A DNA stretch of 64,000 bases, taken from positions 4,309 to 68,308 of the forward strand of contig JAEUTG010000005.1 in assembly GCA_016788045.1 (NCBI GenBank). The letters are read 5' to 3'. The DNA is from Bacteroidales bacterium (GTDB taxonomy: Bacteria > Bacteroidota > Bacteroidia > Bacteroidales > Lentimicrobiaceae). The position numbers were made by a program, and so were the translations under genes. Shown here one piece after another: positions 8,956-16,885 of the stretch. Positions within the stretch are counted from its first letter, which is position 1; the number at the start of each line of letters is the position of its first letter. The notes beneath the pieces were generated by a model, which had not been told where the DNA came from, made no database searches, and was given only the letters and a program-made list of their open reading frames with translations.

Positions 8956-9060
8956 TGTGCCTAATAAATAGGAATATAAGTGGTCTGCAAGATACATTGA
9001 GTAATAGCTTGCACTGCGCACGTGCTTCGTCCCCGATTAGCAGATGTATCAGTTTTCAAG
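8956..9060 (+). repeat. attC-like spacer, second sequence class
   Basis: It starts with TGTGCCTAA (an inverse-core-like site). It has a GATACAT/ATGTATC stem (8990-8996 and 9044-9050), the central GTGCTTCG motif, and TCGTCCCCGATT (9027-9038), which is shared exactly with 10610-10621. Confidence 0.4.
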
Positions 9061-9185
9061 TACGTGGAATTTATCCATAATTCAGTAACATTTATTAAAC
9101 AATAAAATGGAAACACTGAGATGGTCTAATCCCTTTGGACAGTATTTTGTACAAATAAAATTATTATTGTCAAAACATTCTAATA

Positions 9186-10496
9186 ATGGAACTAAGTGCA
9201 ATAGTTATAAGAGTTGATAATGATAGGATTTATTTAAGTCCGAAATCATCGATTTCTATTCAACAAACTAACATTCCAATATCACATATGACTTTTCGAA
9301 CTCAAAGAAATATTTTTTGGAAAGTTGAGTTAATTCATTTCATGCCTACCGATAAGTGTCTTAAAGTTCGTGTAAAAGAATACAATACTTTTGATATTTC
9401 AAATTTTGATAGCCAACACTTAGATGAAGAAATAGATCGTCTTATTTTTGAAAAATTAGATTGGAAAAGCCTGGAACCACTATTAACATCCTATCAGTTA
9501 AGCAAACTAAAAGAATTTGTTTTTAATTCCGATTCAGGAATAAATTCCATTATCGAATCACCGCTACCAAAAGCATATAAATTTTTCTCCAACCTTTCAA
9601 CACCTATTAATTCAGGTAATAAAGGAATTAGACCAACAATAACTACTTTGCCTGATGAATTTTTAATAAGCTTTAAAGATTCTCATTTCATTTCAGGTTA
9701 TGTTACGTTTAAGAAATTCATCAAGCAACTCGGGCAAGAACTCGACTTCCAAATTTCAAATAATTATATCTTAGAAGAGTTTGAAAATGTTAAGTCTTGG
9801 TTTGTTAGAAAACTGAAAATTAAAAAATTTAAAGTATCTGTGCTTATTACATTAACTGATGGTAAGGTAACAGAGAAAAAAGCAACTTCAAACCATATTG
9901 ATCAAATCAATCCGGAATTAATTGAAAGTATAAAGTATCAACGAACTTACGCACTTATTAAAGAGCCAAAAGAAGCGAATACAAGCAAATCACTTTACAC
10001 TTGTGATGATATTTTCAATTCTATAAATTCAGGGGACATTGAAGGGAATGTCTTTAAACAATCAGAGCAAGATATCCTTGATTTTTTTATTGGAAAAAGT
10101 ACCACCCGGAACAAAAATCAGCTTGTTTACTTATCAGGTAAAAAGCAAACAGAAAATTACAAAATAAGGTATACGTTAAATCCAAATTTTGGTTTTTTAT
10201 TTTTAATTGAAGGTGCTGAGAAAAATCATTTTGTTTGGGAATTACTTAATTCTCATGCTACGTATATTTGGAGCATTCAAAGCGGAGGAAATAAGGTTGA
10301 ATCACAGTTCAGAACAATTGAAACGATTATAAATTCAATTAAGTCGAATGGTAGAGAAAATTATAAGCGAACATATAAAGAAAATTACCAAGATTTGGAC
10401 TTCGTTTTTATGATAATTACACATGACAACATTACTTCGGAATTTGTTGATGATTTCCCAAAATGGAAGGAAAAATTAGATAAATTAGTAATATGA
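9186..10496 (+). CDS. Hypothetical protein, 436 aa, no domain recognised
   Basis: Long AT-rich ORF with an ATG start, co-directional with the neighbouring cassette genes. No motif recognisable by eye. Confidence 0.7.
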   Translation: MELSAIVIRVDNDRIYLSPKSSISIQQTNIPISHMTFRTQRNIFWKVELIHFMPTDKCLKVRVKEYNTFDISNFDSQHLDEEIDRLIFEKLDWKSLEPLLTSYQLSKLKEFVFNSDSGINSIIESPLPKAYKFFSNLSTPINSGNKGIRPTITTLPDEFLISFKDSHFISGYVTFKKFIKQLGQELDFQISNNYILEEFENVKSWFVRKLKIKKFKVSVLITLTDGKVTEKKATSNHIDQINPELIESIKYQRTYALIKEPKEANTSKSLYTCDDIFNSINSGDIEGNVFKQSEQDILDFFIGKSTTRNKNQLVYLSGKKQTENYKIRYTLNPNFGFLFLIEGAEKNHFVWELLNSHATYIWSIQSGGNKVESQFRTIETIINSIKSNGRENYKRTYKENYQDLDFVFMIITHDNITSEFVDDFPKWKEKLDKLVI

Positions 10497-10539
10497 CAAC
10501 TTTAAATTCGGAAGAATATGAAATACCTCTAATATATTA

Positions 10540-10640
10540 TACTCTTATCACTCCGCAATTTCGGTCGCAGATGAAACCAACGAACATCCGCTTACGGTGA
10601 TCCCCTTCCTCGTCCCCGATTGGTGGTTATATCAGGATAG
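10540..10640 (+). repeat. attC-like spacer, second class (weak)
   Basis: TCGTCCCCGATT at 10610-10621, followed by ..TATCAG as at 9027-9052. It has short ATCAC/GTGAT and CCAA/TTGG stems. Its boundaries are not defined. Confidence 0.3.
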
Positions 10641-10776
10641 CAGAATACATATCATCATTGAGTTGAACCAGGAAATCAGATTTACACCAGGACTTTTACT
10701 GATAACTTTTTGGTTCACAAAGATAGTTGTGTTGGAATAACCCCGCCACCCAAAGAATCGTTTTTTTTAACAGAAC

Positions 10777-10803
10777 AATCCCGCAACAGCGGGATTTTGT
10801 TTA
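10777..10803 (+). terminator. Rho-independent terminator candidate at the end of AT-rich block 1
   Basis: AATCCCGC-aaca-GCGGGATT hairpin followed by TTGTTT. Confidence 0.45.
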
Positions 10804-10925
10804 AAAGCAAAATCCCCGATGCAGGGTGATAGGGTAACCATGAAACGCTCCGATTCCGAAAGCTTTCACAACGGCAACAAAAACGCTCCGCTGTCCGTTA
10901 TCAGGAAACCCACAGACAGACTACC

Positions 10926-11978
10926 ATGAAAAAACCCAGGACGAGAAGCATGCTGAAGCTGTTACGCTACGCTTTACTTCTGGCTTTCGGTTTCCTTTTG
11001 CTGAAGGTATTTGTGCCGCGCACTTACCATGCCCCGGAGGTGCAACGGCGTGAAAGTACCAGATACTGGAACCTGACAACCGGATCGGTGATTGGCTACA
11101 CGCTGATTTCAGCAAGGGGAGAGAAAAAACCTTATCCGTTGATTTACCTGCACGGCGGGCCCGGGGTGCCTGTTTCCGATCAGCACATTCAGATGCTGTC
11201 GGCGTTTTCCGGCGATGGGTACGATGTTTACCTCTACGACCAGGTCGGTTGCGGGCAATCAGGCCTGCTTGAAGATATGGAAGCGTATACGGCCCGGCGT
11301 CACACCAAAGACCTTGAAGCGATCGTTGAAAAAACCGGCGCGGAAAAGGTCATTCTTCTCGGACAGTCGTGGGGTGCCATGCTGGCTGTGTTGTTTGCTG
11401 CCGACCATCCGGAGAAAGTTGAAAAACTGATCTTAACCGGCCCGGGTCCCATAGCGCCGGTAAAGGCGGGACTGGCCGGTGTTCCTGCCCCGGATAGTCT
11501 GCACCTGAAGAAACCGCTGATTTCAAACCGGGACGGTTTCCGGTCAACGCAAACCTTAAGAAACAGGCTTGTCGCTTTTCTGGCGACAAAATTTGGATTC
11601 AAACTGGCATCGGACAAGGAAGCCAACGGTTTTTACTATGCACTGACCAATCAAACCAACAAGGCGATGGTATGCGATACCAGCAGAGCACTGAGGGCGG
11701 AACCCGGGGTGGGCTATTATTCCTCGATCATGACCCTCAACAGTCTGGATGACGTTGAAGACCCCAGGCCAAAATTAAAGGATTCGGAAATTCCGGTCCT
11801 TCTGTTAAAAGGGCAATGTGACAATCAGGTCTGGGGGATTGTTCCGGAATACCTGGCGCTTTTCAAAAACCATGAACTGGTGATTGTTCCGGATGCAGGA
11901 CATGGAATCTGGATTGAGCAACCGGAATTTTACCTGAAGGCCATCCGGAAGTTCCTGGCTAAAGAAGCAATGCAATAA
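10926..11978 (+). CDS. Alpha/beta hydrolase (proline iminopeptidase-like) with an N-terminal membrane anchor
   Basis: HGGPG oxyanion motif, GQSWGA nucleophile elbow, and a C-terminal PDAGHG histidine motif. Confidence 0.85.
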   Translation: MKKPRTRSMLKLLRYALLLAFGFLLLKVFVPRTYHAPEVQRRESTRYWNLTTGSVIGYTLISARGEKKPYPLIYLHGGPGVPVSDQHIQMLSAFSGDGYDVYLYDQVGCGQSGLLEDMEAYTARRHTKDLEAIVEKTGAEKVILLGQSWGAMLAVLFAADHPEKVEKLILTGPGPIAPVKAGLAGVPAPDSLHLKKPLISNRDGFRSTQTLRNRLVAFLATKFGFKLASDKEANGFYYALTNQTNKAMVCDTSRALRAEPGVGYYSSIMTLNSLDDVEDPRPKLKDSEIPVLLLKGQCDNQVWGIVPEYLALFKNHELVIVPDAGHGIWIEQPEFYLKAIRKFLAKEAMQ

Positions 11979-12044
11979 CCGGTGTTTGCTTAATGGCCTG
12001 GCACCGCACCTTCAGGCCATCGGACACACGAGGGGTGGACAGGG

Positions 12045-12335
12045 TTCTGCTCCGCAATCCTTGCCAGACTGCCTGTTTGCCTGTACATACAGGTAAACAG
12101 GCGTGGGAAATATTTTCCAATCCACAATTTTCCACCAGGCGAATCCAGCTTGCCGGAATTTCAAAAAAAATCTTGCGCCTGCCCACCGAAACGCAGTGCA
12201 GGCGGGTCTTAGCGCTTGTCCCGGGAATCCGGGGTCTTTGCCTGCCTGTATGCACAGGCAGACAGGCGTGGAAATTTTTTTCTATCCGCAATCTATACTC
12301 CGCAATTTTCCACCAGGCATATCCGGGCTGTATTC
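12045..12335. repeat. Tandem pair of REP-like units (palindrome plus conserved tail)
   Basis: Palindromes GCCTGTTTGCCTGTACATACAGGTAAACAGGC (12071-12102) and GCCTGCCTGTATGCACAGGCAGACAGGC (12240-12267). Each is followed by the exact 16-mer CAATTTTCCACCAGGC (12125-12140 and 12303-12318). Confidence 0.75.
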
Positions 12336-12482
12336 ATCCATTGCACGGCTTCACCAACTTTTCCCGGGCGTTTGTCCCCTGCAGCCGCAGTTCCCCCCTG
12401 GCTTGCCTGTCGTTCTTTTCCATCCTTTTGCGAACTTTTTTTCATCTCCTGTTGTTATTTTCAGGTTCTAAAGAAAACGTTT

Positions 12483-13010
12483 ATGATGGGAAGATCTGCC
12501 TTTTTCGGACTGCTGTTTATCAGCGCCATTCTCTTTGTTTCGTGTGATAAAACCGAAAACCTGCTGCTGAGCGACAGCGAAATCCTGATGAAAGAACTGA
12601 AGGGGGTTTATACGCTGGAATCGGTGAGGCATGAGGAGTATGCCAGTGTTGACGGAGGCAATACCTGGGGTTTGTCGCTCGATACCACCTACAGCGCCAC
12701 CGGATCGCTCGACCTGAGCAACATCAGCAAGGCAGATTTCGAGGGTTCGTTGAGTATATCCTACCGGGGCAGCAGCGAAACGCACCTCATTCACGGGAAT
12801 GCCTCGGCAACCGGCGGCAATGAGAAGCTCTGGATTTATACCACCAGCGAGGAGGATATACAGTCGATGTTTCTGTTCAGTTCAGCCACTTCCATTGTGG
12901 AAGGCTGGCTTGACGAACGTGACGATTCCCACCTGCTGCTCCGCATTTCAGAAATTTCGTTCGACTATTCCGGGAGAAAAAGCCGCTATTTCAGGTTCGT
13001 AAAGCAATAG
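12483..13010 (+). CDS. Hypothetical lipoprotein
   Basis: The ATG at 12483 gives MMGRSAFFGLLFISAILFVSC, a signal peptide plus lipobox. The upstream part of the 12216 ORF runs through REP repeats. Confidence 0.65.
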   Translation: MMGRSAFFGLLFISAILFVSCDKTENLLLSDSEILMKELKGVYTLESVRHEEYASVDGGNTWGLSLDTTYSATGSLDLSNISKADFEGSLSISYRGSSETHLIHGNASATGGNEKLWIYTTSEEDIQSMFLFSSATSIVEGWLDERDDSHLLLRISEISFDYSGRKSRYFRFVKQ

Positions 13011-13042
13011 TGCTGTTCCTTTACTTCTCCCGGCAGCTCCGT

Positions 13043-13957
13043 TCACCCGTGGTAGCTGACCGCGATGGTGGCGCCCAGTGCGGCATTGCTCTTAACCAGG
13101 GCGATGTTGGAGGCGAGGCTTTCCCCTTCGGTATTCCCGGCAATGGTTTTCAGCAGGAAGGGCGTCAGGTTTTTGCCGCGGATATTCAGCTTCTCAGCCT
13201 GTTCAAGTGCTTCTTTGATCGTGACTTCCATCTGTGCATAAGGAATTTCCATGGATGCCGGGATGGGGTTGGCGATGAGCACCGATCCGCTGAGGCCCAT
13301 TTCCCATTTGGCTTTCAGCATCGAGGCAATGGCTGCCGCACTGTCGAGCCTGAGGGGTGAGGCAAAGCCGCTGTTGCGTGAATAGAAGGCCGGGAATTCA
13401 TCCTGCCCGAAGGTCACCACCGGCACGCCGCCGGTTTCGAGGTACTCGAGGGTGAGGCCGATGTCGAGGATGGACTTCACACCGGCAGAAACCACCGCCA
13501 CACTGGTTTGTGCCATTTCGGTCAGGTCGGCCGAAACATCCATACTGGTCTCCGCCCCGCGGTGCACGCCGCCGATCCCGCCGGTTACGAAAATGCGGAT
13601 GCCGGCCATGGCCGCGATGCGCATGGTGGCCGCCACGGTGGTGGCACCGGCAATATGCTTGCTGACCACGTAAGGCAGGTCGCGCAGGCTTACCTTCCAT
13701 ACTCCGCCAGAGTTTCCCAGCATTTCCAGCTGCTCCCGGTTCAGTCCGACGCAGAGTTTCCCGTCAAGCACCGCGATGGTGGCGGGGATGGCCCCGTTTT
13801 TTCTCACAATTTCTTCTACCTCCAGGGCTGTTTCAACATTCTGCGGGTAGGGCATTCCGTGGGCGATGATGGTGGATTCAAGGGCGACCAGCGGCTTGCG
13901 GGCTGCCAGCGCTTCGGCCACTTCAGGGTGGATATTCAGGTATTCGTTCTGTTTCAT
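13043..13957 (-). CDS. psuG: Pseudouridine-5'-phosphate glycosidase
   Basis: Full-length similarity to the YeiN/IndA family (VALESTIIAHGMPYP, GGIGGVHRG). Confidence 0.9.
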   Translation of the reverse strand: MKQNEYLNIHPEVAEALAARKPLVALESTIIAHGMPYPQNVETALEVEEIVRKNGAIPATIAVLDGKLCVGLNREQLEMLGNSGGVWKVSLRDLPYVVSKHIAGATTVAATMRIAAMAGIRIFVTGGIGGVHRGAETSMDVSADLTEMAQTSVAVVSAGVKSILDIGLTLEYLETGGVPVVTFGQDEFPAFYSRNSGFASPLRLDSAAAIASMLKAKWEMGLSGSVLIANPIPASMEIPYAQMEVTIKEALEQAEKLNIRGKNLTPFLLKTIAGNTEGESLASNIALVKSNAALGATIAVSYHG

Positions 13958-14097
13958 GTTATGGTTTCATTGTTGTCCGGAAAAATATTTAAAATATTAA
14001 CAGAATGCTTTACTACAGTGGGTTTCCAAAGACTTCAGTTGCACATAGCTTACTTACTGTTTTTCGTCACCAAGGCACCAAGTCACCAAGGCAGCAG

Positions 14098-14131
14098 GCC
14101 TGCCCTGTCTGCTTGCCATAGACAGGCAGGC
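14098..14131. repeat. REP-like palindrome
   Basis: GCCTGCCCTGTCT-gcttgccat-AGACAGGCAGGC. A half copy, AACAGGCAGACAGG, follows within 14161-14190. Confidence 0.6.
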
Positions 14132-14277
14132 TGTTTGCTCAATAGGAGAAATTTTTTGATTAACCCTTTATTAACAGGCAGACAGGTTGCACAAATTTAT
14201 TTTTTTCATTTAGTGTTACTTAGTGTCTTCGTGACTTTGTGGCAATTACTTTTTTTAATTTTAACCGGACAATAGTG

Positions 14278-15207
14278 TTATGGTTTGTAGTTTTTAACGG
14301 CGTCTTGAAGCATCTGCGGGCTCAGGCTGTTCAGCACAGCCCCCTGAACCCTGAGGATAAGTGCTGCCATGGCGTGGCCATGGATCACACAACGTTCGGG
14401 CGAAAGGTTCTGCAGCCAGGCATGCAGGAAGCCTGCCAGTGCGGCATCGCCGGCACCGGTGGTGTCAACAACTTCCGTGACCGGAGCCGGGAACTCCATG
14501 GCTGCTGTTGCAGAATACAGGCCAGAGCCGGATTTGCCCTTGCGTACCCAGAGGAAATCCAGGCCCCGGCCGAGCAGTTCGTTCACCTGTGGCCTGAACC
14601 CTCCGGATGCTTCCATGCCCGACAGCACCGCCAGTTCATCGAGGTTGGGGGTAAGCAGCAGCACGCCGCTGAGGTTGGCCTCTTTCAGCCGGGCAGCTTT
14701 GGGCACCGAAACAGGTTCGATGGCGCAGGGGATCTTCTCGCTGCGGCTGAAATCAAGCAGCCAGCTGAGGGCTTCGGTTCCGAGGTTGGTATCGATCAGC
14801 AGCAGGGAGGCCGACTTCAGCACGGCTGTTTTTGCTTCGAGAAAGGCAGGGGTGACCATCTCTTCAAAGCGGCAGGCGACAGCGCCGGCGAAGAGATCGC
14901 CTTCAGGAGAGAGCAGGGCGGTAAATTTCCCGGTCGGTTCGCTGTTGCGGATGGAATCCGCCAGATCAATACCGGCCTTCAGACATTCGCCGGCTAACCA
15001 ATCACCGTCGGCATCCTTGCCGAAGTGGGTGATGAGTTTTACCGGATTTCCGAGCAGTGCCAGGTGATGGGCGATGTTGCGCGACACCCCGCCGGCAGCC
15101 CGGTAGAGGGTGGCCGGGTTGGAAGTGCCGTTGAGGGGCCGGCTTTTCAGGCGGTAGGTCTCATCCACCAGCGATGCCCCGATGCAGACGATGGGTTTTC
15201 GGTTCAC
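14278..15207 (-). CDS. psuK: PfkB-family kinase, probable pseudouridine kinase
   Basis: PfkB motifs (GGVSRNIA and DTTGAGDA), and it lies immediately upstream of psuG on the same strand. Confidence 0.8.
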   Translation of the reverse strand: MNRKPIVCIGASLVDETYRLKSRPLNGTSNPATLYRAAGGVSRNIAHHLALLGNPVKLITHFGKDADGDWLAGECLKAGIDLADSIRNSEPTGKFTALLSPEGDLFAGAVACRFEEMVTPAFLEAKTAVLKSASLLLIDTNLGTEALSWLLDFSRSEKIPCAIEPVSVPKAARLKEANLSGVLLLTPNLDELAVLSGMEASGGFRPQVNELLGRGLDFLWVRKGKSGSGLYSATAAMEFPAPVTEVVDTTGAGDAALAGFLHAWLQNLSPERCVIHGHAMAALILRVQGAVLNSLSPQMLQDAVKNYKP

Positions 15208-15393
15208 GGAGTTAAAAGTAATTCTTTTCTGAATTCATTGCAGACCGGAATTGCGTTTCAGCTTGCTTAAAGTACCGCGAAAATGGCTTCGTGCATCCGG
15301 GGATTTTTTTGGTAAACGCCTGGCCTTAGCCCTGCCGGATAGTTTAATCATTGAAATTATTCAGGTTGCAAAACTTAAGGATGAAAATGTGTG

Positions 15394-15401
15394 TATATTT
15401 G
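15394..15401 (+). promoter_or_regulatory. Bacteroidota-type -7 box candidate
   Basis: TATATTTG matches TAnnTTTG. It ends 35 nt upstream of the ATG at 15436. Confidence 0.3.
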
Positions 15402-15435
15402 AACGTTAGAGTAAGGCTAACAGACGACAAGAACA

Positions 15436-16698
15436 ATGACTGAAAAATACACGATAGACCAAATCAGAGATGAAATAATAAAGTTCAAAAATGACCCTGA
15501 CTTTCAAAGGTTAGAAAATTTTTACTATTCAAAATCATTCTCTGAAATTTTGGGCGTGAGCAGAAGAGAAATTAGTCATAGTGGATTTCTCGCTTGGCTT
15601 CTTGGAAACTTGGAAAGCCATAATTTGGGTGAGTTCTCAATCAAAAAGTTCTTAGATATTGTTTTAAAATTTAGCAATGACAAATTAAAAAGAAAGCACA
15701 GCGACCTTTTTAACGCATTTGTTACGGAAGACTATTCAATTGAAAGATTATTTGTTAAATCGGAATATGCAATTAAAAATGTTGGTAGGCTCGACATTTA
15801 TATCGAATTGACACTTTTGATTGCAGGAAAAACAAAGAACATTCGGGTAGTAATTGAAAACAAAGTTGAAAGTAAGGAGAATAACGACCAAACAAACAGC
15901 TACTTCAAATACTTTAATCCAACGCAAAATGAAGATAACATTGTAATCTATGTATATTTAACACCCATTTCAACGCTTGACTTAATAGAACTAACAGAGC
16001 CTGAGTGTAGCTGTAAAGAGTTTATCCAAATTAACTATCAATCAATAGTTGACTATCTAATAGAACCAGCATTAAATCAGAATATTTCAACTCGAACTCA
16101 AAATATACTAACTGAATATTTAAAATCGTTAAGTCAACCTTCCATCAATGAAGAAGCTGACGGACACAAACAAGAACTAATTATGGCACTTGGTAACGAA
16201 GAAAGAAAATTATTGTCAAGTTTTTGGGAGAAAAATCAAAAGTTGATTTTAGCCTCATTATATGCAATAAGTTCTGACCCTGAACAAGAAAAAGATACAA
16301 GGGACAGTATCAGAGAAGCATTAGACAGCTTGTCTTCCGACAAAGACCGAAGTACCTACAACATAAAATATAACGGAGAAATATTCAGCAGTAATTTCAA
16401 AAAATCTGACATTGGTCTTCAAACAATAAACCTTTTAAATGCAAAAGGACTTATTGACGATAATATTATAAAATATCTTCGAAAAGATAAAAGTTGCAGT
16501 TTCTTTCTTCTTAAGAAAAAAGAAGAATTTACAGAAACAGAAATAAAATACAGAAAGTATAGGACTAATGATTCACCTGAACTTATTTACAACGGTGAAG
16601 AATTTTATGTTGCACGAAATTGGGGAATTGGAAACATTCACAAACTCATAAATAATTTTACCGACAAATTTCCAGGACTTGAATACGAAACAAATTAA
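15436..16698 (+). CDS. PD-(D/E)xK nuclease-family protein (PDDEXK_4-like N-domain) with an uncharacterised C-terminal half
   Basis: HSGFLAWLLGN...GRLDIYIE...VVIENKVESKENNDQTNSYFKY matches the H..FLAWLL / D / ExK pattern of that family. Confidence 0.75.
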   Translation: MTEKYTIDQIRDEIIKFKNDPDFQRLENFYYSKSFSEILGVSRREISHSGFLAWLLGNLESHNLGEFSIKKFLDIVLKFSNDKLKRKHSDLFNAFVTEDYSIERLFVKSEYAIKNVGRLDIYIELTLLIAGKTKNIRVVIENKVESKENNDQTNSYFKYFNPTQNEDNIVIYVYLTPISTLDLIELTEPECSCKEFIQINYQSIVDYLIEPALNQNISTRTQNILTEYLKSLSQPSINEEADGHKQELIMALGNEERKLLSSFWEKNQKLILASLYAISSDPEQEKDTRDSIREALDSLSSDKDRSTYNIKYNGEIFSSNFKKSDIGLQTINLLNAKGLIDDNIIKYLRKDKSCSFFLLKKKEEFTETEIKYRKYRTNDSPELIYNGEEFYVARNWGIGNIHKLINNFTDKFPGLEYETN

Positions 16699-16716
16699 TA
16701 TAAAGCAATGAAAACC

Positions 16717-16856
16717 AGCCTATTACAGGTGTTTGTCTTAATGGCAGTTGATGTGATTAATTTACCGGTCTACCTCGCATCAACTTTTGTGGTGCAATGA
16801 TCCCGATGCTTCGTGATGCTCCGAAATCCGCCACTAGGCCAAGCGTCAAATCGCTA
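16717..16856 (+). repeat. attC-like recombination-site candidate, same family as 4483-4613
   Basis: AGGTGTTTGTCTTAATGGCAG (16727-16747) matches 4493-4513 at 16/21. CCGCCACTAGGCCAAGCGTCAAATCGC (16828-16854) matches 4587-4613 at 22/27. There is an internal AGTTGATG/CATCAACT stem. Confidence 0.55.
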
Positions 16857-16885
16857 AGTGAAATAATAAATACGACACACAAAAT

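Larger units (their letters stand above)
5276..9060 (+). mobile_element. Candidate integron-type gene cassette carrying the YobI-like NTPase gene
   Basis: With the intron removed, the cassette begins (T)TAGGCACA (4613 plus 5276-5283). TGTGCCTAA at 8956-8964, directly after the stop codon, is its exact 9-nt reverse complement. The 3' limit is approximate. Confidence 0.45.

Noticed and set aside
9067-10509. GAATTTA (9067-9073) and TAAATTC (10503-10509) as a core-site pair bracketing the 436-aa ORF
   Set aside because: A 7-nt complementary match between two AT-rich stretches of this size is expected by chance. It is not comparable to the 9- and 10-nt matches found for the other two cassettes.
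11959-12547. Three overlapping ORFs of 110-184 aa (both strands)
   Set aside because: They run through tandem REP-like palindromes and translate into repetitive ACLPV.TG(K/R)QA strings. The real downstream gene starts at 12483 with a lipoprotein signal peptide.
13398-15270. Several 73-255-aa ORFs overlapping psuG and psuK in other frames or on the other strand
   Set aside because: These are typical shadow ORFs of GC-rich coding DNA. They have Arg/Gly/Pro/Ala-rich low-complexity translations, while psuG and psuK have clear family motifs.
15255-15385. A further attC-like site abutting the psuK upstream region (AATGGCTTCGTGCATCCGG ... TTGCAAAACTTAAGG)
   Set aside because: Only short patches resemble the 4483/16717 family, and no convincing complementary arms were found. 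It is mentioned only as a possible block boundary and is not annotated as a feature.
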